Notes under the pieces: generated by a model
Told to the model about the DNA's origin: nothing
Seen by the model: only the letters and a program-made list of their open reading frames with translations
The model's database searches: none
Source: an uncultured Candidatus Saccharibacteria bacterium
GTDB lineage: Bacteria; Patescibacteriota; Saccharimonadia; Saccharimonadales; JAGQMS01
Assembly (NCBI GenBank): GCA_964554485.1
Contig: CAZKOX010000001.1
Span: 9,363-73,362, forward strand
Length of the DNA stretch: 64,000 nt
Direction of reading: 5' to 3'
Part shown: positions 11,001 through 18,919 of the stretch, one piece after another
Position numbering within the stretch: the first letter of the stretch is position 1
How the letters are laid out: every line of letters begins with the position of its first letter
Position numbers and translations under genes: made by a program

Positions 11001-11362
11001 TCAAGGTTGTCGTCGAAGCTGTAATCCGATGGGGTTAAGAAGTCCCAAGTGTTGTTTAGGTCAGCAGCGAATGCGACCCTGTAAGAAGTAAATAAGACAC
11101 CAAAGACTGCAAGAACATAAATAGCAAGAACAGAAAAATGTAACTTTCCATGATGTTGCCAGGTGTGCCAATTTTTGTACCATTCGACCCTTTCCATAAA
11201 GAATAGGTGAGGTCTTTTGGCGGTATGGTGGTGAATAAAAAGAACAATTTTTTTCGTGTAAAGGTGAGAAAATTTAGCAATATTTAAAAAAAGTCGACCG
11301 ACAAAGCCAACAAAGTAGCGTAGTGCACGACCAAGCATAATGATAATGTTTCTAACATTCAT
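5075..11362 (-). CDS. giant (about 2040-2095 aa) membrane-anchored surface protein: about 14 tandem ~55-aa repeats (probable beta-propeller), LamG/ConA-like lectin domain, several FN3-like domains
   Basis: Single ORF. The first ~55 codons of the ORF look non-protein-like; the more likely start is the MERVEWYKNW... ATG near 11197, followed by a TM/signal segment (LAIYVLAVFGVLFTSYRVAFA). Repeats of form WTKxGGDGxNSxW...LYxGLGxxxGDxEVW, a LamG signature (GSLDEIRISN), and C-terminal FN3-like segments (YYYRLRACDSTNNCG). Confidence 0.8.
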   Translation of the reverse strand: MNVRNIIIMLGRALRYFVGFVGRLFLNIAKFSHLYTKKIVLFIHHHTAKRPHLFFMERVEWYKNWHTWQHHGKLHFSVLAIYVLAVFGVLFTSYRVAFAADLNNTWDFLTPSDYSFDDNLETSGSSVRMKAQNYTSDANTMALFHLDELGGTTADDSSANNNDAITNNTPIWATGNLNNSLSLDGTSQYAISPDSASLSLTASNTLEGWTKFDSNFSAGSSQYRQTILDKGEYQLYYDNETGKVTYELENSGSTGWTQQAGYNMLANNGAKVNRSWDQNGKQTAYASVKMGSKIYAALGGSTNDAEIWEYDTSLGLWAQVAGDGIFSSWNNEISTNAYEAVLSLATNGTDVLYAGLGTGTNDGDVWRFKSGSWTKIGGDGLNSGWAGNAFNGVYSLAVSGTTLFAGLGTGANMGEVWACTNCETSPSWGSSRVGGYNATGGARGWGAGYEVVYAMTVVGGNPVVGLGSTAGDAEVWHCTASCTTPGSASWTKRGGDGSGAGGQSWGSVAEYVLSMASNGNTIYVGTGITANTDAEIWSCDVTINCTPTGSGWTKLGSSANFGVDKEGIFSITNNGSTLYVGTGNSANGDDEVWRYDGSWTKVGGDNVNSGWNATHNSIRALVVDDTTVYAGLTNTTEAYFWQCTNCNGGSPTWGGNRIGGKYVNKSWGQYNIDSIESSTTAGGKMYVGTGNNTAGDATVWELDPSTGFWSVVGGQGIDSSWAIDTYEAVWSMVNYKNKLYVGLGSTAGEAEVWRFDNPGWTKVADGSPSVGSSWSTTYEYVYSLGVANGKLYAGLGSSAGDGEVWECTGCDGGSPNWGGAAIGGTASGNWGTASYTTISSMATYRGSLYVGLGANAAGLAEVWRYSGSGTTWTKVGGDAINSSWANTKYEDIQSLVVWNDKLVVGLGLSGTGTPNNDAEVWACSDCDSGSPVWEQIGGDSNGSDNMGWLDSNNYDRVRSMATYNGDLYAGLGLSTGDGEVWRYNGTSWAQVGGDGFNDSWLDTTIEEVTTMVVYQGKLYASTGNTANGDAMIWSYGNNGFIQSSTSTQDTNWHHIAGRYNGTTMEILIDGNSVGTHNTSLTIPDGDQDLLIGKSYGGFDNGRSQGFFEGSLDEIRISNINRSSFNTKPYSNAALSISLNEPVRQSGVWHWDSFDADETLNGGTILYRLSSDDGATWKYWDGDSWETSGSIAEANNKTTISTNISSFPVTFNGLRWEAILQGDGSQRVTLNGVTATATSDIIDPSANATSIAALKANGGSVLNSGAWSNGLSPYFSWTAGVDSESGIKGYCLYLGTDDTADPVTTKGLLGTSPVETGGHCQFMISTNNIDTATAGYIATPLSTSNSNYYLLAKAIDNAGNISNTTEQFTFKFDNTAPTNPAYITAPSGFINSKEVTLTWPTTGISSPSDINSGLVGLQYRIGAGNWYGDSHTGTGDSNDVLANDGSYTTIPTPDFVDLEEGINTVYFRTWDNAGNVSSTYATAALKINTSGAPSEPLNIIASPSSNVTNSFAFDWDAPATFVGDVNNLTYCYTINAIPTSINCNFTSAGVTALGAGPYATQPGENTIYVVARDESSNINYDNYGTAVFTANTPSPGISENLDIVDVSIKATNNWRLAITWNEPADVGAGISSYKVYRSTDNATFSQVGSSSSTTYIDAGLAQQRYYYRLRACDSTNNCGANSSVVNEVPTGKFTSPATLVANPEVSNITTKRATVSWSTDRASDSKIALGTASGEYSPSEVAISAQVSAHEIELDNLSAGTTYYAIAKWTDEDGNTGTSQEFSFTTSPAPSLKEITVSRVGLTTAAITFTSKEATKVSILYGKGENYGGITTVNTSLSESTYSIELEGLDDGTKYFYKLLTFDNENSSYESSVFSFTTPQRPRITDLRFQPIIGEPTSTQTVTWTTNVPANSLVTYGKVGTSGTEAQVLDLVTDHEIIIRNLEDDSEYFLVAQSRDEGGNIAVSDRQQFHTALDTRPPKVSEISIESAIRGTGAEARGQVVVSWKTDEPATSQVGYAEGSNAANYNNKTAEDTQLTTEHIVIVSDLPTSRVYSLIPISKDRAGNTGLGATESAIVGRASDSVLTIILNTLKQVFGL

Positions 11363-11517
11363 TCAGATATTTTTGACTCGACTGTCAAACCCCTAAAACC
11401 CCTAATATTCTGACTCAAATAATAACATAAACACTACAGTTCTTAGCTCGTTATTTTAGCTTAACTTGAGCATAAGCATGTTGTGCAGATCACAAAGAAT
11501 GTTTAACATGTATTTAT

Positions 11518-12354
11518 ATGAGAAAAAACGTCAAAGGTTTTTCGGTAGTCGAAGCAGTTATTATTTTGGTAGTCGTGGCGGTCTTGGGGCTTTCGGGTTG
11601 GTGGTTTTTACAACGTCGTTCTAACACTGACAATTCTCAAAATAATAATGAAACAAGCAAAGAAGAAACCAGTTCAAACGTAAATTGGAGCTTTGACGGC
11701 GAAAAATGGAGCAGTAGCGAAGCACCACCGGCTTGCGATGATCCGTTATCGATACCTTCGCCAGTTGATATTTCAAAAGCTACGGGAATTTTATATCCAG
11801 GGCAGTATCGAGGTGGAAACTACAAACCGCACGGAGGTTTTCGATTTGATAGCAGCACCAACGCAGATATAACAGTCACGGCACCATTTGATTCGGTTGT
11901 CATAAAGGGAAGTCGATATATAGAAAGAGATGAAGTGCAGTATATGTTTGTTCTTACGACTTCCTGCGGAATTATGTATCGTTTCGATCATCTGTTGACC
12001 TTGTCTGCTGCTTTTCAAGCCTTAGCCGACACGTTACCGGCAGCAAAAGTCGATGATTCTCGAACCACTGATTTTACCTCGCCGCCAAAAGTTAAGGCTG
12101 GTGACATTATTGCGACGGCAGTTGGTTTCAAAAACACCGGTAATGTTGCGGTCGACTTCGGGGTATATGACTTAAGGCAAAAAAACAAAGCCTATGAAAG
12201 TGATAGCTGGAAAGCTGAACATTCTAATGACATGGAGGCGGCACCTTACGGTATCTGTTGGTTGAACTATTTGGCTGGTAGTGCCAAGGACGTTGCTTTA
12301 GAACTCCCGGGGGCTGACGGTCAGGCTGGTAAAACTAGTGATTACTGCGAGTAA
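11518..12354 (+). CDS. type IV prepilin-like protein (class III signal peptide)
   Basis: N-terminus MRKNVKGFSVVEAVIILVVVAVLG matches the prepilin peptidase motif [KR]-G|F-x-x-x-E followed by a hydrophobic helix. 278 aa with 4 Cys in the C-terminal half. Confidence 0.65.
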   Translation: MRKNVKGFSVVEAVIILVVVAVLGLSGWWFLQRRSNTDNSQNNNETSKEETSSNVNWSFDGEKWSSSEAPPACDDPLSIPSPVDISKATGILYPGQYRGGNYKPHGGFRFDSSTNADITVTAPFDSVVIKGSRYIERDEVQYMFVLTTSCGIMYRFDHLLTLSAAFQALADTLPAAKVDDSRTTDFTSPPKVKAGDIIATAVGFKNTGNVAVDFGVYDLRQKNKAYESDSWKAEHSNDMEAAPYGICWLNYLAGSAKDVALELPGADGQAGKTSDYCE

Positions 12355-13114
12355 CATCATGATTGAACTATTTCTTGTCAGTATCGCAATAAATTTACTA
12401 ATGTTTATTCCGGCATTTAGGTATAAGACTGACAAACTAACTGACCTGTCGTACGCGTTGTCTTTTATCGTTTTGTCAACGGTGGCGTTTCTTTCAAGTC
12501 AAAAAGATCCAGCTCATCTTATTCTTCTTGTGATGGTTTTAACTTGGTCGATACGACTTGGTGGCTTCTTGTTTTTGAGGATAAGAAAACAAAAACGCGA
12601 CAAACGTTTTGACGAAATGCGTGATAGTTTCTGGAAATTCGGTAGATTTTGGTTACTACAGGGAGTGAGCGTCTATGTAATATTGCTAGCTAGTTTGTTT
12701 GCATGGAATAAAGACGGGTTAATGTTTGGGTGGCTTAACTTGGCTGGACTGGCTGTATTCATCACTGGTTTGTTGATTGAATCGACGGCTGACTATCAGA
12801 AGCGAAAGTTTAGTGCTAAGGCGGAGAATAAGGACAAATGGATAGACACTGGTTTGTGGTCTATAAGCCGGCATCCAAATTATCTAGGCGAAATGTTAGT
12901 TTGGGCGGGAGTATATACCTACACCTTTTCTTATCTATCGAACAGCGAGAGATTAATTGGCTTGCTTAGTCCTTTATATATTGTCTGTTTGCTGCTTTTT
13001 GTTAGCGGGATACCATTACTAGAAAAAGCAGCTGACCAAAAGTGGGGCGAAAACGCAGAATATAAAAAATACAAAAAACGCACCCCAGTATTATTGCCAA
13101 TAAAAATAAGGTAG
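12338..13114 (+). CDS. polytopic membrane protein, DUF1295 / ICMT-steroid 5-alpha-reductase-like superfamily
   Basis: About 6 TM helices; a C-terminal RHPNYLGE motif typical of DUF1295/ICMT-like enzymes. Overlaps the upstream gene by 17 nt (start may be the internal MIELF...). Confidence 0.55.
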   Translation: MITASNIMIELFLVSIAINLLMFIPAFRYKTDKLTDLSYALSFIVLSTVAFLSSQKDPAHLILLVMVLTWSIRLGGFLFLRIRKQKRDKRFDEMRDSFWKFGRFWLLQGVSVYVILLASLFAWNKDGLMFGWLNLAGLAVFITGLLIESTADYQKRKFSAKAENKDKWIDTGLWSISRHPNYLGEMLVWAGVYTYTFSYLSNSERLIGLLSPLYIVCLLLFVSGIPLLEKAADQKWGENAEYKKYKKRTPVLLPIKIR

Positions 13115-13143
13115 GTGTTGCTTAATAAATCTTGTTAAATTCC

Positions 13144-13171
13144 TCGATATATTTATATATAAATATATCGA
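13144..13171. promoter_or_regulatory. perfect 28-bp palindrome (tcgatatatttatatataaatatatcga) in the promoter region of the adhesin-sortase operon; candidate operator
   Basis: Sequence equals its own reverse complement across all 28 nt. About 130 nt upstream of the 13304 start; TTGACT/TTGACA -35-like hexamers follow at 13198-13211. Confidence 0.5.
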
Positions 13172-13303
13172 CGAAACATCTTAAAATCTGTGCAAAAGTT
13201 GACTATTGACATCTTTATGTTTTAAGAGGATAGTAAAGATATAAGGATCGGCTGGAGAGTGGGACCTCGACCCGTATAGTAAAAAGTAACTAACGGAGCA
13301 GAC

Positions 13304-16300
13304 ATGAAAATATTCAATCGTTCAAGCCTCAAAAAAACAAAAAGTGTCTTAATGTCAGCTGTGCTTTTGGCATCACAAGTTGTGCCGTTTTTAGGTTTAT
13401 CAGCAACCGCTAAAGCGGCAGATACTGGATTTAATTTACCAACTACGACACATACTCCGAATGGTTGGGGCGCCGGGGCTCTCGGTGATGCAAGTAATGG
13501 ACTTACTGATAATGGCCAATATGCAGAAGCAAATCCACAAAATCAGCCAGAACAGGGTTTTTCAAATTTTGGTATTTCGATTCCCGCTGGATCAATTATT
13601 GATGGAATCCAACTACAAGCAGAAGCTAAGTCAAATGATAGCGGGACAGACTGTGATCTAGGGGTCGAGCTTTCTTGGAATAACGGTACTAATTTTACTT
13701 CGAGTGGTTTTAATGAGAGCTTGGGTTCTTCAGATGCACTGGAAGTCTTTGGTGGCGCTTCAAGTACTTGGGGTAGAAGCTGGAGTGCAGCTGAATTTAG
13801 TAATGCAAACTTTGTTGTTCGACTTAAGGCCATTGATCCTAGTCAATGTAGTGACAGTTCTATAACATCTGTTGATTATCTACAAGTGAAAGTTTATTAC
13901 ACCGAGCCATCGGACCTAGTAGTAACGAAGTCGAATAATGTAAGCGGGTCGGTTGTTGTCGGTAATTCCTTCAACTGGGTTCTAACAGTTTCAAACAACG
14001 GGCAAGGATCAGCTAGCTTCAGTAATAATCAAGATATTTTGCAAGATAACTTGCCAACAGATGCGAGTTATTCAAACCCTGCGGTATTAACTGGTGGCGG
14101 AGTAACCGGAACGATTGATTGTGGAATATCAAGCGATAACCTTGATTGTGATGCTGATGGTACAGTAGTAATCCCTGCCGGTGGCTGGTTTACTGTCACT
14201 ATCACTGTTACACCTGACGGCGTAGGTACTCTTGCTAATCCCCGAAGTGGTGGCGGTAATATGTGTAAGGTTGATCCAGATAACTTAAAATCTGAATCAA
14301 ATGAAGCAAATAACACCTGTAGCGACAGTGTTTCTGTAACACTAGTCCAACCATCACCTAACCCAGTACTTGGGCAGTCTTGTGGTCTTGATATTGCGCT
14401 CGTTATTGATAACTCAACAAGTATTGATAGCGGTGAGCTTGCAACCATGAAGACAGCAATGACGGCGTTTACGACTGCATTTGCTGGAACCCCAACCCAA
14501 TTTTCTGTTACTAGATTTGCCACAACAGGCGCGGTTTTGCAGCCATTCACTACGGACTTCACAGCCGTAAATTCAGCCATTAATGGCATTCCTGTTGGAG
14601 GCGGATACACTAACTGGGAAGACGGACTTCTAAAAGCTCAAGGCACATTTGACCCACGAACCAACCCGAACCTAGTTGTCTTTGCATCTGATGGCAATCC
14701 AAACCGTGTCGATAATGGTACAGATGTAAGTGAAACACAAGCTACCAACGAAGCAGTCCTAGTTGCTAATAATATAAAAACCGTTACTGGAGCACGCATA
14801 ATTGCCCTTGGTATCGGAAATGATCTTGATACAGCAAACTTACAGGCAGTATCAAGTGCTGATGCGGTAATAACAAGTGATTTTGCAGCGCTAGCGCAGA
14901 CACTTGCCGATCTTGCTGCGACACTATGTGGCGGTACGATCACAACAACCAAACTTGTCGATGTTGACGGTGATCCAAGTACAACCGGTGACCAAACTGT
15001 TGCTGAAAATTGGGAATTTGACGTAAATGGTAGCCCAAGCAACCCAAGTCCAGTTTCTACAGATGCGAATGGACAAACTCCAGCGGTAGAGGTTGATCCT
15101 GGAACTTATTCGGTAAATGAAACAGCAAAGAACGGCTATAAAGTAGTTGGTGCTAAATGTTACAAGAATCAAGAGGCGGTTGGTAGTTGGCAGAACGGCA
15201 GTACATCGGTTACAGGCATAACAGTCGGTGCTACAGATATCGTTTCATGTGTGTTCATCAATACCTTAAATCAAGGCACATTGATTGTTAAAAAGGTGGT
15301 TGTTAATGATAACGGCGGAAAACTTAATGCCGAAGATTTCGGGTTTAAAGTTGATGGTGGATCGACTGTTGCATTTGAATCAGATGGTCAAAATGATTTA
15401 ACAGTTACTGCCGGCGAGTATACAGTTACTGAACAGGAAGTGTCTGGTTACTCAGCAACCTACGATAACTGTACAGATGTCGTAGTACCTATTGCCGGTA
15501 GCGCAACATGCACAATTACAAACAATGACCGTGCACCAAGCCTAACGTTAAACAAGAATCTTGAAGATAACATTTATGGCGGTGGCTACAGTAGTGCGGC
15601 GTGGACACTCATAGCTAAAGGCGCGACAAACTTAAGTGGAAAATCAGGCGTAACAAGCGACTCAGATTTTAGCGCAGGAACGTACGAACTTAGTGAAGAG
15701 GGTCCAGGCGAGCCGGCCTTCATTATGGGTGATTGGGACTGTGGCGATGTCGACCTAACTGATGCAACACTTGTAGTAAATCTTGGCGATAACATCACTT
15801 GCACAGTGACCAATACAGCTGTTCAGCCGAAGTTGACAGTCATAAAAGTGGTTAAAAATGGTGATTCAGAAGGTGGAAAATCGGCCTCAGACTTTACGAT
15901 GAACGTAAGTGGAACCGATGTGAGTGATTCAAGCTTCTCTGGGGACGAAAACGGAACAACAGTTGGCTTGGACGCCGGATCTTACGAAGTAACCGAAGGC
16001 GACCACGAAGGATATGCTGTTGAATACAGTAAAGGTTGCGAAGGCACAATCGAGCTAGGAGAAGAGTTAACCTGTACTGTTACGAACACTAGACTTGGAA
16101 CAATCAAGATTGTTAAGGACGCACAGCCAGATTCAGAACAGGCCTTTACCTTCACTGGTAATTTAACTGGTGACGACGGTCCTAACTTTGAGCTTACTGA
16201 TGACGGAGTTAATCCAGGCCTTGCCTATAGAGAGTTTGCGCTCGAAGAAGGCACTTACACTGTTACAGAACCAAGCGTTAAGGACTGGGATCTTGATTCA

Positions 16301-17338
16301 ATTAACTGTACCGAAGGAAGTGACGTTAATGTCAACGAGCGAAATGTTGTGATCAAGCTTGGAATTGGTGAGAACGTAACATGTACCTTCATAAATAAAC
16401 AGCGCACTGGAAATGTTACGGTTGTTAAGTATAACGATCAAGACCGCGATGGATACTTCGATGAAGACGAAACAACACTACCGAACTGGGACATTGTTCT
16501 TGGCGAAACTACACAAACAACAGATGTTAACGGCGAAACAACCTTTACCAACCTTCTTCCAGGCTGGCATGAGCTAAGTGAAGTTCAGCAGGATGGCTGG
16601 AATTACAGCGATACTTACTGTGAGTACGACGGTGAGCCAGCTGGCACATGGGAAGGTGACTACTATGCTCAAGTCTATGCCGACGAAACAACCCACTGCT
16701 ATATCGGCAACTACAAAGATCCTGCTCTTCAAATCGCCAAGACCAACAACTCTGGCGAATCCAAGAAGGTTGAGGAAACAGTTACTTACAGCATTACACT
16801 TGCAAATGCAGCTGACGGCTCGTTCCTTTACAACCCAAGTGTTAGCGATACGCCACCAGCTGGATTTAGCTACGTAAGCGGCAGCTGGACGGCAACATCC
16901 GACCTTCGCGGCGATCTAAAAGCTGCGCTAGTTGTGGCAGAACCAAACTTTGGCGTTAGCCCAGTGGTCTGGACCTTTGGCGGAGCTGATGCTTCAGAAG
17001 ATGTCTTGATGCCAGGCGAAACAATTACCTTGACTTACCAGATGAAAATTGCCAAAAGTGTAGTACCAGGAACTTACACTAACTATGCAACTGGCTCGGC
17101 TTGCGGAATACGAGAGTTCAACTATGAAGATACAATCTACCGAATCGTTAATGAACAGTTAGTGAATCGTGACTGCGTCACTACAGAAAAAGTTCATAGC
17201 GACGTAAAAGTTAAGGGTGTAACAATTGTTCTTGCGCAGACTGGTGTATCTAGCTACATACCAGTGGCGTTTGGACTGGTCTTAATTGGCGGAGCGCTAC
17301 TTACTACTCGACGAAAATTTGTTCTGGATAAGGAATAG
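13304..17338 (+). CDS. sortase-anchored giant adhesin: signal peptide, vWA (MIDAS DxSxS) domain, multiple ~90-100-aa prealbumin/CnaB-like repeats, C-terminal LAQTG sorting signal
   Basis: N-terminal signal peptide (MKIFNRSSLKKTKSVLMSAVLLASQVVPFLGLSATAKA). DIALVIDNSTSIDSGEL vWA/MIDAS block. Repeated GxYxVTE...GY...C...NxTCTxTN modules. C-terminus LAQTG + hydrophobic stretch + TTRRKF positively charged tail. Confidence 0.85.
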   Translation: MKIFNRSSLKKTKSVLMSAVLLASQVVPFLGLSATAKAADTGFNLPTTTHTPNGWGAGALGDASNGLTDNGQYAEANPQNQPEQGFSNFGISIPAGSIIDGIQLQAEAKSNDSGTDCDLGVELSWNNGTNFTSSGFNESLGSSDALEVFGGASSTWGRSWSAAEFSNANFVVRLKAIDPSQCSDSSITSVDYLQVKVYYTEPSDLVVTKSNNVSGSVVVGNSFNWVLTVSNNGQGSASFSNNQDILQDNLPTDASYSNPAVLTGGGVTGTIDCGISSDNLDCDADGTVVIPAGGWFTVTITVTPDGVGTLANPRSGGGNMCKVDPDNLKSESNEANNTCSDSVSVTLVQPSPNPVLGQSCGLDIALVIDNSTSIDSGELATMKTAMTAFTTAFAGTPTQFSVTRFATTGAVLQPFTTDFTAVNSAINGIPVGGGYTNWEDGLLKAQGTFDPRTNPNLVVFASDGNPNRVDNGTDVSETQATNEAVLVANNIKTVTGARIIALGIGNDLDTANLQAVSSADAVITSDFAALAQTLADLAATLCGGTITTTKLVDVDGDPSTTGDQTVAENWEFDVNGSPSNPSPVSTDANGQTPAVEVDPGTYSVNETAKNGYKVVGAKCYKNQEAVGSWQNGSTSVTGITVGATDIVSCVFINTLNQGTLIVKKVVVNDNGGKLNAEDFGFKVDGGSTVAFESDGQNDLTVTAGEYTVTEQEVSGYSATYDNCTDVVVPIAGSATCTITNNDRAPSLTLNKNLEDNIYGGGYSSAAWTLIAKGATNLSGKSGVTSDSDFSAGTYELSEEGPGEPAFIMGDWDCGDVDLTDATLVVNLGDNITCTVTNTAVQPKLTVIKVVKNGDSEGGKSASDFTMNVSGTDVSDSSFSGDENGTTVGLDAGSYEVTEGDHEGYAVEYSKGCEGTIELGEELTCTVTNTRLGTIKIVKDAQPDSEQAFTFTGNLTGDDGPNFELTDDGVNPGLAYREFALEEGTYTVTEPSVKDWDLDSINCTEGSDVNVNERNVVIKLGIGENVTCTFINKQRTGNVTVVKYNDQDRDGYFDEDETTLPNWDIVLGETTQTTDVNGETTFTNLLPGWHELSEVQQDGWNYSDTYCEYDGEPAGTWEGDYYAQVYADETTHCYIGNYKDPALQIAKTNNSGESKKVEETVTYSITLANAADGSFLYNPSVSDTPPAGFSYVSGSWTATSDLRGDLKAALVVAEPNFGVSPVVWTFGGADASEDVLMPGETITLTYQMKIAKSVVPGTYTNYATGSACGIREFNYEDTIYRIVNEQLVNRDCVTTEKVHSDVKVKGVTIVLAQTGVSSYIPVAFGLVLIGGALLTTRRKFVLDKE

Positions 17339-17343
17339 AACAA

Positions 17344-17961
17344 ATGAAGATAGGGGGTGGGCAGTCTAAGGTTTCTATGCATCGAAAGATTAACAATATT
17401 CTGACTGTTATAGTTATTGGACTTGGTAGCTACTTGCTGCTTGCTCCTTTCACGCCATCGATTGATTTTTGGGTAAAGAAGCGAGGTGGTTTTGATACTC
17501 CAAGCTACGCTATTAAAACTGATGTCAAAAAAGCAGTAGCGGATATTCCTTCTGACAACAGATTAGCAATTCCTAGTATTGGTCTAGACGAACACGTTTT
17601 TGAAAGTACTGTGCCGGACGGTATAAACAAAGGTGTATATCAAAGGCCAAAAACCTCAGATCCTTCTCTGGGAAGTAACACGGTTTTTGTTGGACACCGT
17701 TTTTCGTATTTTCCAAATATTCCATCGCCATTTTATAACCTTGATAAGGTTAGTTTAGGTGATGAGATGGTAGTGGTTTGGAAAGGCGTTATCTACAGAT
17801 ATAAGGTCAAAGAGATTAAAGTAGTCGAGCCGACCGAATTTATGGTTGAAGCACCAACCAAAGAGTCGAAATTAACGATCTATACCTGCACGCCACTTTG
17901 GTCGGCGAGTCAGCGTCTTGTGATTATTAGTGAACTAATAACTGAAAGGGCAGCACAATGA
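17344..17961 (+). CDS. sortase family transpeptidase
   Basis: 205 aa, N-terminal TM anchor, catalytic-type His (VFVGHRF), Cys in LTIYTCTP (TLxTC-like) and a downstream Arg. Located 5 nt after the LAQTG substrate gene. Confidence 0.75.
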   Translation: MKIGGGQSKVSMHRKINNILTVIVIGLGSYLLLAPFTPSIDFWVKKRGGFDTPSYAIKTDVKKAVADIPSDNRLAIPSIGLDEHVFESTVPDGINKGVYQRPKTSDPSLGSNTVFVGHRFSYFPNIPSPFYNLDKVSLGDEMVVVWKGVIYRYKVKEIKVVEPTEFMVEAPTKESKLTIYTCTPLWSASQRLVIISELITERAAQ

Positions 17962-18038
17962 ACCTTGAGTGGCGTCGCACAACTGTATTAGTTTTTTTGT
18001 TACTTCTTGGCGTTCTTTGCCTAATCGTACTAGGTGCA

Positions 18039-18908
18039 TTACAAAACCCTAGTCTTAGTTAATTTGCAGTTGGTATTAGCGCAGTCTTCGCATATGACAT
18101 GTAGTTTACGGCGAATATTGGTGCTATTGACCTGATGGCTAGTCTTTTTACCGCATATTTCGCAAGATGCGATGTCTTTTGATTTGTCAGAAAAGCCCAT
18201 CTTCATGCGGTCGTCAAAAACAAATAACTTACCCTCCCAGAGACCTTCATCGCCAAATTTTTCGCCGTATTTTACGATACCACCGTCGATTTGGTAGACC
18301 TCTTTATAACCTCGGTTTAACATCATGGCGCTTAAGATCTCACAACGAATTCCGCCAGTGCAGTAGCTAACAATCGGTCGGTCCTTGTATTTGCTAATTT
18401 CGCCTTCCTCAAGATCTTTTTTAAAGTCACGGCTGGTAGTAACATTTGGAATAACTGCGTTTTTGAACTTTCCAATCTGGGCTTCGTACATATTGCGGCC
18501 GTCATAAAAGATAACATCGTCGCCGCGCTCTTCAACTAACTTATGAACTTGAGCAGGTTTTAGATGTTTACCGCCGTTTTCTATGCCGTTTTTACCAACC
18601 ACAATTTCGTCGGCGGCGTCGAAGGCTACGATCTCTGGCTTGACCTTAACTCGAAGTTTTGGAAAATGTTCCTCGCCGCCATCGCTCCATTTATAGGTAA
18701 TATCACCAAACAGGCTATGAGCTTTCATTTCACGGGTATAGTATTTGAGGTTTTTAAGATCGCCGCCAAGAGTGGCGTTGATGCCGTGTCTACTAATAAG
18801 AACTCGACCCTTAAGGCCTAGTTTTTCGCACAGTGCACGCTGCCAATGCATAACCGTCTCGGTATCTTCAATCGGCACGAATTTATAAAAAAGAATAATT
18901 TTTTGCAT
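18039..18908 (-). CDS. trhO: rhodanese-domain protein, TrhO/YceA (tRNA U34 hydroxylase) family
   Basis: N-terminal UPF0176 block (ILFYKFVPIEDTE...GRVLISRHGINATLGG), rhodanese active-site loop YCTGGIRCE, C-terminal Cys-rich tail. Confidence 0.75.
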   Translation of the reverse strand: MQKIILFYKFVPIEDTETVMHWQRALCEKLGLKGRVLISRHGINATLGGDLKNLKYYTREMKAHSLFGDITYKWSDGGEEHFPKLRVKVKPEIVAFDAADEIVVGKNGIENGGKHLKPAQVHKLVEERGDDVIFYDGRNMYEAQIGKFKNAVIPNVTTSRDFKKDLEEGEISKYKDRPIVSYCTGGIRCEILSAMMLNRGYKEVYQIDGGIVKYGEKFGDEGLWEGKLFVFDDRMKMGFSDKSKDIASCEICGKKTSHQVNSTNIRRKLHVICEDCANTNCKLTKTRVL

Positions 18909-18919
18909 GATTTACACTG

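Noticed and set aside
5075-11362. Numerous 60-140-aa ORFs on the + strand and in alternative frames inside the giant gene (for example 7332-7706, 9372-9797, 9854-10144)
   Set aside because: They lie entirely within and antisense or out of frame to a 6.3-kb ORF with consistent repeat-protein coding signal. They are typical shadow ORFs of a long repetitive gene.
11379-11400. aaacccctaa tandem repeat as a CRISPR-like array
   Set aside because: Only two short (9-nt) adjacent copies with no spacers. No CRISPR array or cas genes anywhere in the window.
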